Assembly (NCBI RefSeq): GCF_963676685.1
Contig: NC_092348.1
Coordinates: forward strand, 92,876,001 to 92,940,000
Reading direction: 5' to 3'
Length of the DNA stretch: 64,000 bases
DNA from: Mytilus edulis
Taxonomy: Eukaryota
Shown here: piece after piece, positions 26,601 to 40,539 of the stretch
Layout: every line of letters starts with the position of its first letter
Numbering within the stretch: the stretch's first letter is position 1
Notes under the pieces: generated by a model
Told to the model about the DNA's origin: nothing
Seen by the model: only the letters and a program-made list of their open reading frames with translations
Databases searched by the model: none
Position numbers and translations under genes: made by a program

Positions 26601-29600
26601 GCATTATATAAATACACCAGTCATATTGTGGCATTAAAAAATACACCAGTCATATTGTGGCATTAAAAAATACACCAGTCATATTGTGGCATTATATAAA
26701 TACACCAGTCATATTGTGGCATTAAAAAATACACCAGTCATATTGTGGCATTATATAAACAAATGAAAACCCACAAATTTATTCACCATCTTTATAAAAA
26801 AAAAGTCTATGGCACAGAAATAAAAATATATACTGTTTCCTAGATTGAGTAAAAATTCAAAAACTTCTAACAATTTTAAAAAGATTGAATTTGTAATACT
26901 TAAGTTTATTCTACAAGTGAAGTTGATCCACTCTAAAATTATAAATTAACTTTAAGCTTCTTCACAAAAGCAGCATGCTTACCCTATATTTCTCTTCATT
27001 AATGTCAGATTTTTTACAGTTTGAGCAAATATATTTTTTAATGATGGACAACCACAACGACAGTCAAACTTTTGAGTATTGGGAGGCATCATATCATCTG
27101 AAACAAAAGTTTTATTTGGATTATATGTCAGAAAACATGTTCCTCTCTAATTAAGTTCATGTACAGTAACTGGTACTAAGTAATTGTCCATAGTTCAATA
27201 ATTGTACATTAATGCCTAATTCTTTAATACAAATGCACCATTGATTAAATTCACAATTTATAAAATCTTGTAGATATTATCTTTGTCAGATCTTGCTTCA
27301 AGAAAACTTGTCTGGACATTGGGAATAGAACAAACTACTAACATTTTTTACCAAAACTAAGTCTGTTTATCTTCCTCATTTGGGAGTCATTGCTTGAGAG
27401 AAAATCTATTGCAATATACATGATATAATTATACTTTCAGTGCATAACGAAAACCTTTACTTTTAAAGTATTACTTCAAATGGAATTTTAAATATAGTAG
27501 TATATATCATAACAATTTTAAATCAAAACAATAATTACTAGTACCAACATGCAGCAGCGAACAAACCCACAAAATTTAGGTTCCTTTATTAAATTTGGTT
27601 GAAATTAGCCTATCATATTTTGTCTACATGGTTCCCAAAGGATTTTTTGAAAGGAAAGTTGTCTTATTGGTTGACTGATTCTGTCATATATATCTGATTT
27701 CAAAACAACTTACAGTCATCTGTATTTCCGCTGACACCAATTAATGGAGTTGTCTCGTTCACAACAGAACGCTTATCAGTTGATATTCTTCTCTTCTGGC
27801 TTTCTAATATTGCCTGAAATTAAAACATTTATTATTCAAACTAAATAGTAATTATTGGTAACAAATGCAATTTGAAATAGAAAATGACATTCCATTTTTA
27901 CGGTGCAGGAAATGCTTACCCTTCCGGGCACCTGATTTCACTCCCTGTTTTTAGTGGAGTTATTGTTGTTTCTGCTTTTTAATTTATAACTGTTGATGTA
28001 AATGTCCTTTAGTTTAATGAGTCTTTGTTTACTCCTTGGTTTTGATTGTTATTGTCTTTTAGATATTTACTTATGTCTGAAACTCTGGATTTTTTTTCAT
28101 TTATCTGTCCTATCTGATATAGAAGGAGCTAAAAAAAACTGTCTATACATATACAGTTAACTCTCGTTGTCTCGAACTCGGTTGACTCGAAATTTCGGAT
28201 GAGTCGAAGTTTTCACGTGGTCCCAAACTTTATTCCATACAAAAGTATGTAATTCGACTCCTGATGAGTCGAAATTGGATGAGTCGAAATTTCGGTTGAG
28301 TCGAACTAAATTTACGGTCCCAAGGTTAACAAAAGCATTCAAATTCATTTTTTATCTCGAACTAATACACATATGTCAAAACATGACCTCCGGGATTTAA
28401 ATGGATTGAAGAGTTAATCTGACAATACACGTGTAATTAAATTTCCTGTCACTGACCACTGTATTGATTTATGACATGCTATTTCCATGAGTGTTTACCT
28501 AAGATTATCTTTTATAGAATTTTTATAAATAATTAGTGATAAATTGTTAATGTTCATGAAAAAGTATTTAAATTGTTTACAAAACAATTAATTTGTGATT
28601 TACACTAATGAGCTTGGGTGTGTATAAAGTGAGGATTATGGCTTCCATTGATGATCACCTAAAAACTACTCAAACGGCGTCTTTAATCTTATTATATGTT
28701 CTTTTGAAAACAAAGAGTGAGATAAAACAAAATGAATAAAAATCAAAATTTTCTTAAATCTCTTGTATCCGAGAATAAACAATTTTGTCAGAAATTAGCG
28801 ACCTGAATTACGAAACTGTCGATTGGAAATTACTCTCTTGGAAAAGCCATAGGATTTTTTTTTAATTGAAACAATTGAATAAGTAAAAATAACAGTCATT
28901 ATAATAATAAAAGACTGACATACAAATACATCGATCCGATACTAGGATATCGATCCCCTTGTCATATTCACCCGGATTTATTTTAGCTTTACCAAGCTAA
29001 GCAAGAGTTGTGTCCCTTAGATTGTCGAACTTCCGGTGTTCGTTTGAGTCGAACTACATGTATCTCGAAATATTTCTCTGGTCCGGCTGACTTCGACATA
29101 ACGAGAGTCGACTGTATTTGTATTTTTTCAATTTAACTACAAAAATAGACCAATTCTTTCACTCTGTCACACTGAACTGCTTTGCAGAACAGCCATCATC
29201 ATGTTCAGGGTCATAATGATTGAAAGACTTGGATATGAAATTAATAAATTTTACTAATCAAAATAAAAGAATATGGTAGCTATTATGTTTGAGCATGTTA
29301 AGTACTAGTTTCTTTTTATAGCATTTTATGACATAATAACTTACCTCCATGCATGACAAACCTCAGTAAAAATAAGAGATAACTGTATTGTATTTGAAGC
29401 TTTGCGGACGTAGTTTTACTGTCGCAAATTTAGTTCACCTGGCATTGCGTAGCAGAGACAGATAAAAGGGTATTTGCACCAGTAACACTACCAATGGACG
29501 TCCACAAAGCTTCAACTTCAATACAGTTATTTCTTTTCAAATGCAAAACAAATTCATAATTAAATTTCAATCATTATTTCAGTATAAAATTTTAATTAAA

Positions 29601-32600
29601 GAAAATTCTGCGCAAAGATGTTATCTTCTTTGGTCCCTTAACTAGGTGACATCATAAGAATGCTTCTGGCGTCAAACATAAACAGCAGGCGTTTTCTAGC
29701 TTCTTGACCGCTTCAGAATGTAATAAAATTTGATATTTAGAAGATTTATAGGTGCAACATGTGGGTTCTTTTGCTTATTATTGTAGAAATTACATGTCAA
29801 TACATTCTGCAATTCAAAATGTGGCCTTCCTTAGTTACAGACAAGGAGAGCAAATTTTATGCTTACTGTCATCCAATCAGAACCATTGATACAAAATAAT
29901 TGCATTAGAAATTATATAAACTCTGTCCCAAATAGAAGGTCGACCATCTTCAACCTGTATGCAATCATTAGCAAAAGTTGGAATGAGGTTGTCTGAAAAC
30001 TGTTGGAGCTGTGCTTCATACAGACTATTTACCCCTTTTGTGTTTAAACAGACAAACAGGAGGAATGATTAACAGACAAAGAGGGAACATCACTAGTCCT
30101 CCTCTCATCTCTGGCAATCCCACATTTCAAAACAAGATTGCTTTATTAAAATAGTACTCACATTCCTTGAAAAATTACAGTTTAATATTTCTTCATCAGG
30201 TTGATCATCATGACATAACTTTAAAAATACTGTCTCTAGACTCTGCAAAATAAAAACAGAATTATATATCATAATTAGTATAACCCCACTCATTTTTCAA
30301 AGTGTCTGGAAAGAGGGAGTAGTTGTCTGATTCAGCACACACACATTACAACTTATCAATAAGTTTTTTAAGTGTACAATTTTTGTTCTTATTCATTGTT
30401 ATTCTAAATATGCAATTTTCTGTGAAATTACATAGAAAATCAATGTATTTCATTTCTCTGTTTAAAAGTAGAGAAAAGAATTAACTGACTAATATCATGT
30501 TTATTTCTTAATACAGACAACACATTTATAAAAAAAACGTAATCTTTTGCACCTTCAATGATTAAACTTATACTGATTTTCTTCAATGTATATGTAGCAG
30601 TATCTTTCATGTAACATTATGTTATAGGTAGCAGGTTATTCTTACATTGATTTTAAAAGCATCAACCAGTTTCTGTGGATTATCCTCTGCCAATAATTTA
30701 CCATTTCTCATTAACCCTACCTAGAAACAGAAATAAAACTAGGTAATCAGGAATACACAAAACAAGGCACATATTTAGATATTATAGAATTGCTTTAGCA
30801 TGGCAAATAATATTGATAAACCAAAGCTTTTCTAAATTGACTTCATATTATTTTTATTCCAGATTTATAAAAGATCTTATCTTTATGTTGCCACAAAAAA
30901 AAGAGACAGAATTACATTTTTGTGTATTGCTTAAATGCAAATGTTTGAAGAGGAAGGATAAAAACCATTAGAGAAATAGATTCCACCACTATAACTCGTG
31001 TATTACTTTATTTCTCCATTCTCAACAGTTAAATTTTAATTATTTAAAAAGTTTAGCTAGCCTTGTGCTTTTCAAATATTAAAATTCAACTGTCTCATGT
31101 GGAGAATATGGTTACACACTTGTTGCAGTTATGGAATCTATATATTTATATCTAAAACAGAAAATTATCACTATGGAGGAATAAGATTTTAGTAACAGCA
31201 TCTATACAAACATACCATATTTGCTTGTCGTGCTTCCTCGATGTAATGTGTTGTTATGATTATTGTAGTTTCATGTTCACTGTCTTTGGAAATATTGATC
31301 AAATGTTCCCATATTCTAAAACAAAACAAACATTTATTGAACTAATCTATTTTTGTCTACATTAATTTCATCAATGATTGAAAAATGTCTCCATATATTT
31401 AAAAAAAAATTCATTTCTTATTTGTAGTAACGATGAAAATAGTTTGGCATGGATGTTCCAAATATTACTTCCTGAACTTTTGTTCTAGATCATACTTGAT
31501 GGCTATACTAAAAACAAGTGCTGAGCACTAAATATAAAAAAAAAGAAGATGTGGTATGATTGCCAATGAGACAACTGTCCACAAGAGACCAAAATGACAC
31601 AGACATTAACAACTATAGGTCACCGTACGGCCTTAGAAATAACACGATGTTTTGATTTATATCAATTATATAAATCAAAACATAAAGGTTATTCCTGATT
31701 AATTTTTTGAATTATTTTATAATTAATGGCGTTAAGAAACCTTTGGTGACCCCACAGTTTAAATGTCTATCGTAGGTATGTCGTGAACAGTGGTCGTTAC
31801 AGACAAACGTTCACGTAAATTGTCCCAGTCAATGAATGAATTTAATGTGTCAATCAATGGCCACAGCCACACTGTTTTGAATTTCATTCTAAAAGCAACG
31901 ACCAAAAAAGTTCATAAGGAAAAATAAAATTGGTCTCCAAAAAGTATATAAAGTTCAAACCTTTCTCTTAGCAGTGGGTCAACACCCACAGTGGGTTCAT
32001 CTAAAATAAGGAGTTCTGGTTCCTGAAGGAGAGCAACTGCAAATGATACTCTTCTCATCTGGCCACCACTGTAAATAACATAGCATCAATACAGTCAATT
32101 CATAAATGTTTTAGTTGTTTTTATTGTGGTGAAAATTATAAAAGGGGAGTTTTTGCTCTTGCCTTCCACATTTTTTCTCATCATGCTTTAAAATTTATCA
32201 TGATATATTCCATACCAAATCTAATATTCCTGTGAATAGGTATTCTATCTTTTTAAATAGTTGTGTCAATTGCCACTACCAAACCAGATTCTAGTCATAC
32301 AGGCATTTGAACATTCATACCTTGATTAAGATAAGTACAGTCAATAGGAATGTGCACATCCACATAGGATATTCTAAAAAAAACCATTTACCTGTGATAA
32401 ACTTTCATTAAATTAACAAGATTTTTTTCACAATAGACAATGCAAAAACAATATATTAAGCATTGAAAAACAATCATTTTGTATAATGTCTATGCCCAAA
32501 TTTCAACTTATACATACTATATTTTGATACCAGGCATTTGACTGCATCAAAAACTCCCCAAATTTGATGTACTACTAGGAAGTAAGACCCTGGAGTTGGT

Positions 32601-35086
32601 TTCACAAATAAACTTATTACTAAGAGTAAGATTGATTTCAACTCATGAACAATTCAATGTACTTACGACCGATCTTAAACTTAATTTATTTGGTGAAGCT
32701 GACTCCAAATCTTCCAAAAAGGGGACTATGTTTTAATAAGAAGAGTCATACACAGATATAATAATCTTTATCATTATTTTTCCAAATTTTCCTTTGATCT
32801 TGCTCGCTGATAATTTCCTTGCTCAGCGGAGTTGAGTGATATGAAAAATTATTGCTGGAAACTAAGGGCGCATGTGCTGGTTTTCAATGAAATTAATAAA
32901 TCATAGGCAAAATATCAATAAACAGATTATCATTGGTCATCTAAACTAGATTGCTTTTCTCACTTTTGCCATTCAGGCTCAAGCGAGAAAATCAATCTCG
33001 TTGAGATAACCAATGATAATCTATGATCATGATTGTAAGAGTAAAATGATTTAATATAAAATCTTGCAAAATAGCAAAAAAGTAAATGAAAATTCATGAG
33101 TAAGCATACATGTACGTGCCACAATACATTATTTATACCTTAGAGTATTGATAAGTCTGTTCTGTTCTGGCAGTGATAAGAAATTCAGTAGAAATTCTGT
33201 TCTTTTCTGTATATGTACTTTACACATACCATGAATATACCCAAAGTACTTCAATGTTTCACCAATAGTCAAGTCATTAAATAATGCGGTTTCCTGAAAA
33301 ATAATCCAATCTTTGATTGAACAATCAATGGGAAAATGAAAATGTGATCATACTCTTTACTGACAAGTCAATAGTATAAATTTGCTTTCCATTTATAAAA
33401 TAAACAGAGCCTTACTAGTAATAGTTGATCTTCTGGTGAAGTTTTAGTTAAATGAAAACATAACTACTCAAACTTGTAAATAAAAATAAGTGTGGATAGT
33501 ATGTTTGGATGTCTGACAGTGATTTCTGACAAAAAAAGAAACCTGCAGTTTTTCCCCATAGAGTTCAATGTTGAACTGTTGTGCACAGTGACAGCCAACC
33601 TGTACAAAACACTGAAAAAAATAGCAGTGTCTTTTAATTAATATCGAGTTTTAATGTTCAAGACTGTCATGGAGGAGACATTACTTTAAACCAGGGCTGA
33701 TTCCGCATAGATCTTATTTAGCTACATTAAAAAAAAAAGTCATTGCTTTCAATAAAAAATCTACATTTTGTACATAATGGCTAATGTTCTATGAGTGCTT
33801 TGTGTTTATATGCACATTCCTGTAAATAATAAAGAAAAATAAAACTGGTTGCGTATAAAAAGATTTACCTGTGGCATGTAGCCAACAAGACTTCCTGGAA
33901 CACCATGTCCTGGTGCACCAGGTCTGTTACCAAGGACAACCATATGACCTCCATCTAAATGTAATTTACCCAGAATGCATCGTAGTAATGTAGTTTTACC
34001 GCAGCCACTTGGACCTAGCAAGCCATATCTAAAAAAATAAAGGTACTAGTATGCAGAAATCATTATCTTCTTATTTACGGTTACCTGTAATTATAAGGTA
34101 TAATATCTTATCTATTTACTGTATATATGTGTTATAACTAATGGAAGTTGGACTTTCACAGAATTATAAACACTTTAAACTTTCTACAATGATTAACTGA
34201 AGGACTTCAAAGTCAAAATCGGAATATTAATTGTTTCTTCTTTACAGACATGCCTCTTACTTCTTGCTCATTACAAAACCTTTTATTTTTTGTTTCGTTA
34301 AATCTTTTAAAGTCAAAGACAATTGATATGAATAAAAAACAAACCAAAAAAACTAACAAGAGAAAAAACAAAAATCTTTAAAACATAGAAAATTAAAAAT
34401 CAGAAAAAGACTGTGAAAACCAAAGATGATTCCATGGCCCCTGAAGGTAAGCAGATCCTGCTTCACATGTTGCATCTTTTCTGTTCCTCATGTTATGAAA
34501 CAAGTTTGGTGAGAAATCTCATACAGTGATGTCATAATGTAACAAGTTTGATAGGTCTCATTCAGTGAGGACACAATGTAACAAGTTTGTTGAAAAGTCT
34601 CATTCAGTGAAGTCACAATGGACGAAAAAAGAAAGAGATGGCTAAAATTATGAAATTAAGTTATAACCAATTTAATAAAAAACGATTATAATTTTATTGT
34701 GATAATGTCTGACCTACATTCACTATAATGAGATGACCTCATACCACTACCATGAGATGACCTCCCTACAAGACAATCAACCTCTATATACATCAATAAG
34801 ATGGCCTTACTCCTCAATTGACCTCTACATACATCAGTAAGGTGACCTGACCTCACTACAACTGACCTCCCAACACTAAAAAATGATGACCTCCCTACAT
34901 ATAGGAAGCTGAGGATTTCTGATCTTTTCTAATAAAATATTGATAGTGGTCATACATGCATCCACGCTGAACTGTAATATCCAAGTTCTGGAGTACTTGA
35001 AATTTCCTCTTTCCACCTCCGTAATTCTTTACAATTGATCTCCCCCAAACAGCATACTCTTGTCTGGCTTCAGGTTCAGTAGGCAT
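17613..35086 (-). CDS. ABC transporter, subfamily H-like half-transporter (NBD-TMD; often annotated ABCG20/23-like), 20 coding exons, 707 aa
   Basis: Exons: 35086-34956, 34028-33869, 33293-33139, 32068-31961, 31315-31216, 30720-30646, 30242-30162, 27813-27714, 27097-26983, 26418-26250, 25858-25755, 24859-24786, 24154-24039, 23640-23570, 22102-22014, 21537-21434, 20865-20793, 19439-19353, 18697-18593, 17719-17613. All are GT-AG and phase-consistent (2124 nt). Motifs: Walker [10 protein letters not shown]-loop GYMPQE, signature LSGGQ, Walker [15 protein letters not shown]-loop ITTHY, and TM motifs [25 protein letters not shown]. Confidence 0.93.
22255..23318. mobile_element. Non-autonomous hAT-like DNA transposon
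   Basis: 12-bp TIRs TAGTGTTGTCAA / TTGACAACACTA; 8-bp TSD ATTAATTC at 22247-22254 and 23319-23326; subterminal GGTTAACC repeats at both ends. Confidence 0.88.
26550..26757. repeat. Minisatellite, about 30-bp unit x7
   Basis: AATACACCAGTCATATTGTGGCATTA(T/A)AA repeated in an ABCH intron. Confidence 0.95.
28154..29114. mobile_element. Tc1/mariner(pogo)-type MITE
   Basis: ta|CAGTTAACTCTCGTTGTCTCGAA ... TTCGACATAACGAGAGTCGACTG|ta: imperfect TIRs of about 23 bp, TA TSD, internal GAGTCGAA repeats. Confidence 0.82.
29378..29533. repeat. Short inverted-repeat element (MITE-like)
   Basis: ATAACTGTATTGTATTTGAAGCTTTGCGGACG ... CGTCCACAAAGCTTCAACTTCAATACAGTTAT, with arms of about 32 bp. Confidence 0.7.
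31540..31633 (+). repeat. Representative copy of the dominant interspersed repeat family
   Basis: AAAAGAAGATGTGGTATGATTGCCAATGAGACAACT...AACAACTATAGGTCACCGTACGGCCTT. Further copies lie near 12540, 14130, 19280, 22800, 24350, 40272, 42148, 58390 and 59315, in both orientations. Confidence 0.85.
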
Positions 35087-36534
35087 TTTAATTTGTTGAA
35101 TTCTCTGGACTTCCTATGTCTGCTTATTTATTAACTGCATTTTCTGTAAATAAGAGAAAGCAAAAAGTTAAAATATCATTATATGAGAAAAAAGTTCATC
35201 TTTTATTTCATTACATGTATAATATAATTTTGGATGTAACGCGTCTTCTGATTGGCTGACATTATTTTGTTATTAGCCCATAGACATAATTTAGTCATGT
35301 GACCCTGACGTCATCAATGTTTTTTCATGGTTTTCTACGGTATAAAATGGAATTTAGAATTAAATCATAAGAAATGACTGTAATATTTTTTCTGCCTTTT
35401 CGAAATAACATAAAAAATGTGGTGCACACTGTTAAATAACCTGCTACGCACCTTATTTCATGTTAATTCTTTATAGACAGAAAAAATATTACAGTCATAC
35501 CTTAAGTATTTCTTAAATGAATGCACCAAAATAAATCAAAGTATTGTACATGTGTTCAGATTAGCTCCGATAAGGTCGATTTCTATTCGATGCACCTCAT
35601 ACATTTGTCATATATAACTATAATAACTAAGAAAAAAATGTGTTTTATTATGTTCAACTTTGTGGTGTTTCAAAATGTATATTGTCTGTTTCAGCTGTGT
35701 AATTTGGGCTTAAGTTTTTTTTATTAGTTTGTACTTATAATCTGAGACTACTATAACACAGAGATTGGTCACTACTGATTTATCGGATAATCTTTAACGT
35801 AGTTTCGTATTCAACCGTAATTTCGTATTTAACCGTAGCAGACGACATATATCACCACCTAATCACTGAGAGTACTATAACAGTGTCGAATGTAATTAAT
35901 TTTCTTTAAAAATATATTAAAAACAAAATTGAATTAGTGGAAAAAGGAAAATATTTTTTTATCTTTCAAATTTTGTTATCACTATTCATATCTAAATTTT
36001 ATTTTTAATCAGTTTATAGTTTGTTAATAGATTGTAATTATGCGTCGACTCTTAAAAATGCATATGTGAATAATCTTATCCATCTTACAGTTAGGTACAG
36101 TGTTTTGCTACAGGTCCGTTAATTGTATCTAATATACAAATATTTTACCTGTAAAGACAGGTAGTCTCAATAGCATGGGAGATGAATTTGTTTCACAGCT
36201 GGGTGCCCAAGATACACAAGGCTCTAGATCTGTTTATTGCAATAAACTTTTAAGGTATTTTCACAGCTGAGTACCCAAGATACATGTTTATTGTAGTAAA
36301 TTAAACCTTGTCAATTATCGTCGGTGCACTTCAGGTAGGATTCAGGAGGGTATAGCTCGGGTTTAACAAAAATGTAGAGAATGGAAAAAAAGGACCAACA
36401 AATAAAGAATAGAGAAGAGAATATAATTAGGTGTTAAAAATTTAAAGAAATTATTAGAGAAAAATGGCATAGAAATTCTAGTAAATAAAGAACCCCCACC
36501 CAGAACCTCATCCAACGTATATTTCATTTTTCAA

Positions 36535-36721
36535 ACCATGACTATGACTCTACTGCAGAGACCGCAAAATCTACAAAACAAGCAGCAACCGCAAGTGCTT
36601 GTCAATCAAAATGTCAAGGTATATATTATCAGTGTCCCAAGTGTGACAATACATATTCTTCCATTTCTGGTTTCCTTGGCCATTTAAAAACAAAGCACAG
36701 CCTATTCAAGATAAAAGCTAC
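36535..36721 (+). pseudogene. Orphan exon-like segment encoding a C2H2 zinc finger
   Basis: Open frame ...HDYDSTAETAKSTKQAATASACQSKCQGIYYQCPKCDNTYSSISGFLGHLKTKHSLFKIKA (C-x2-C-x12-H-x4-H), ending at a GTAAGT donor at 36722. No intact acceptor or partner exons were found. Confidence 0.45.
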
Positions 36722-38977
36722 GTAAGTAATAAGACTCTCCTCAGAGACCTAAAGACACAGAAGTTCACTTAAGGAAATCGTACGGCCTTGAACAATGACC
36801 AAAACCCATACCACATAGTGAGCTATATAAACAAGATAAATATAGTATATTAATTGTTGTTTCCAAATCTTGTGTTGGCAACAGTTACAACGAAATGCTT
36901 TAACAGGAGTTATTGTCTGGGACAAAAGCAACAATTTTGAATTAAAAATTAATATCCTTTTTCAACATTGTTCAATTTGATCAACGAAAAGTATGGTGAA
37001 GAATTGTCAAATTTTCAATTTCTAAGCTACATTAGAGCGTCAGTGGCAAATAGTTCTTGAACATGATGGGGTTCATTGCGGTTTTACAGTATCTTTATGA
37101 CGTACACTATTCAATGTACCCTAGCGATTGAAGCTGTTCTAAGTATCTAAGACTCAATTTAATTTGTAATATCACATTTTGTTTTTAGTTGATAATTTCC
37201 ATATATAACAACGCTTAAACTGAAGTTCATATTTTTGGTGAAGTGTATTTCTTGGTGTACCAAATCTAGTTAAATGCAATGAAATATATAGTGCGGTTCC
37301 AGGTTAAATGACATAAGATATTCTGAATGAAGAAAGCTTCCAAGTTGCATGACTAAACAATCAAAATATATAACAAATTATCTCTACTGGTATGTTTACA
37401 TGAGTGTAAACTACAACATTTTTTTCAGCACCAGAAATATGGACCCTCTTTCATTTTTGTCTTTTGTTAACCCAATCTGCTGACAGTTTCCATGTTAAAA
37501 TACTGAGAAGCCAAAATATTTAATCTGAAATGAAAGTTTTAGCCGAGTTGCTTATTGACCCGGTACCACGGACTGGTAAAAAATCGAGATTTAACATCCC
37601 GGTTTAGTCAGTAAATTTATGTTTATAACTGATTTTTTTTAATTTAAAGTGCAAATAAACAAACATTAATGATTATTTCAAATCTTATATTCACACATGT
37701 ATACCGAAACATAAACCTCTTTAAATAGCCACCAGGCATTGGGTAATTGTAATCAGTAATCATAATCAGCTGTAATCGATTACATTTTGCAGTGTAATCC
37801 AATGTAATCAGTAATCATGCCATTTTTGATTACAAGTAATCATAATGTAATCGATTACATTGACAAAAACAGGTGTAATCATGATTACTTTAAGATTACA
37901 TTCATATATGATTACTTGCTGATTAAAAATCTTGTATACTGGTATATAGTAAAATAGTTTTTGATAGACAATATGAAAATGTAGAGCATGAATAAAAAAA
38001 ATCAGGAAACTTGTATTCACTTTGACCTGATGATGGGACTTTGTTTAATGTGATAAATAGTATCATCTACATGTATATAACAAGTTCTGTATAACCTAGT
38101 GTTTTATTTTGTTAACAGTTTACCATGATGTTTACTGAAGGAATTTACTTTCCAGTGTTTGTGAGATTGAGCTTTTATGATATAAGAGTATGTTTTGAAA
38201 AAAAATTGTTCATTGATTAAACACTTCTGATATTAACTCCAATTTCATATAAGTATGCCCAATATTTTTATAAAACTACAATGAGATTCAAAAGCAGAAA
38301 ACATTAAGTTCCAATTTGACTTTTAGGATCGACATACATAACTGCATGAGCCTCGCTAGGACGAATGTGAATCGGGGCGAACATAAATCAGGGCGAACAG
38401 GTACTATGACGAACGTGAATCAAGGCCAACAGGTACTAGGACGAACATAAATTAGGGCGAACGGGTACTAGGACGAACGTGAATCAGGCCGAACGGACCC
38501 GTATTCGGATGGTTATCAGGCATTCAGGTAAATCCGTAACAAACTCTTGTGATACAGGTACACTTTTTGTAAGAAGAAACAGAAGAAAGCATTTGAACAG
38601 GTTATGTGGAGAATTACTTTTAAAAGCTATAGTTTAAAACTGTTTTTTTACCATGCGTTTGTATGTTCAAATTGTTGAAATAAAACAACCTAAAAAAACA
38701 AAATAGAAATGTTACCGGAAGTTTATTTTCCATATTAATTGTCGAATCGGGCGGGAGAAGAACGGAATCCGTAATTTAAAACACCAAGCTTGTCACCTTA
38801 TTTTGTAAGAGACATATATATATGGGCATATATATATAATACATGGTCTCTTATTTTACAAAAATACACACAAATATAGGTAATACTTTTACTAACACAT
38901 TTCAGACGATAATATTATCAAAGTCAACTACCTGTAATGTTCTATAGCAAGAATTTGTCTACTAGTAGCTGGGACTA

Positions 38978-39612
38978 TGGATCAGGTTTGTATGGTTTAT
39001 CAATCACCATCTTAAATGAGCTGTGGATCAGGTTTGTATGGTTTTATGTTTATCCACCACCAAAAACAGATGTACTGTGGATCAGGTTTGTATGGTTTAT
39101 CCACCATCAATAACAGATGAGCTGTGGATCAGGTTTGTATGGTTTATCCACCACCCATAACAGATCTAGATGAGCTGTGGATTAGGGTTGTATGGTTTAT
39201 CCACCACCAATAACAGATGAGCTGTGGATCAGGTTTGTATGGTTTATCCATCACCAATAACAGATGTGTTGTGGATCAGGTTTGTATGGTTTATCCACCA
39301 CCAATAACAGATGTGTTGTGGATCAGGTTTGTATGGTTTATCCACAACCAATAACAGATGAGCTGTGGATCAGGTTTGTATGGTTTATCCACCATCAATA
39401 ACAGATGTGTTGTGGATCAGGTTTGTATGGTTTATCCACATCCAATAAAAGATGAGCTGTGGATCAGGTATGTATGGTTTATCCACCACCAATAACAGAT
39501 GTGTTGTGGATCAGGTTTGTATGGTTTATCCACCACCAATAACAGATGTGTTGTGGATCTGGTATGTATGGTTTATCCACCACCAATAACAGATAAGCTG
39601 TGGATTAGTTTG
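38978..39612. repeat. Minisatellite, 47-bp unit x about 13
   Basis: GCTGTGGATCAGGTTTGTATGGTTTATCCACCACCAATAACAGATGA repeated. Confidence 0.95.
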
Positions 39613-40539
39613 GACTGGCTGACTGTTGTTTTAAGATTGTTACTTACAGAACTAGTTTCATGTTGTGTAACTTTAAAGTCATAATAAACGAGTGACCGTT
39701 GAAAAATAATGTTCTTCCAATTAATGAACCAATGCATACAAACATCATAAACTAAGTCTTTTGTGCACGATTTTATCATTTTTTTTTGCTTAAATTACGA
39801 TTAATCGTCATTTTTTTTTTTTCAATCAGTCAGTGTTGTTGTGAAAATATGGCAGGTAATTAAAGTTCGTGTTTTGGAGCCGAAGTTTGACGATTGTCAA
39901 CAACCAACAAAAAAACATTGATGTTGAGCACGTGTTTAACATGTACAATCAGATAGTAGTTTATTTTAAGGACATACATGTGTATTGTAATCACCAGATT
40001 TTTACAAGATAGGTCACGCTGAGGTCACTTTGCATACTGAAAATATGTCGGGGAATTGCTTCCTGGAAGGAAGCTTCCAGGAAGCAATAAAAATAAAGTA
40101 AACTTCTTCTAATTACGAACAAACTAAAGAATTTTCTTCAGAAAAAAGTATATGTACATACATTTTATAATTTTATAAAAAAACATATGCATTATTTTTT
40201 TTAATTTGAGGTTTCTAATGACTTTAAGTTGAGTGATAATTAGAAATCTTCTGTTATAAATCAATATAGATAAGAAGATGTAGTATGCTTGCCAATGACA
40301 CAATCTAAACATGGCCCCATAATGACTAATGTAAAATAATTCAAACAGGAAAATCATCGGTCTAATCTATATAAAAAATGAGAAATGAGAAACAAGAAAC
40401 AAAATTCAAGCCATCTTTATATCTTGAGTATAAATTTTTCATGTTTGTAAGATATACTTGTACATGTTTAATAATGGTTTTTTGTTTTATCTTCCAGCAC
40501 GTCCGGGTTAAGACGTTTGTGAGAAAAAATGTTAAGATA

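Noticed and set aside
28258-28290. CTGATGAGTCGAAA, resembling a hammerhead core
   Set aside because: No stem II can form between CTGATGA and GAAA and there is no stem I or III; it is part of the MITE's internal GAGTCGAA repeats.
38978-39612. CRISPR-like array (also considered for 26550, 46654, 48240 and 56334)
   Set aside because: The units are contiguous with no unique spacers, there are no cas genes and the context is eukaryotic; these are minisatellites.
40378-40539. N-terminal 54 aa of the 435-aa ORF
   Set aside because: It begins in an interspersed repeat and runs through an intron-like polypyrimidine tract and AG at 40497, so it is likely non-coding.
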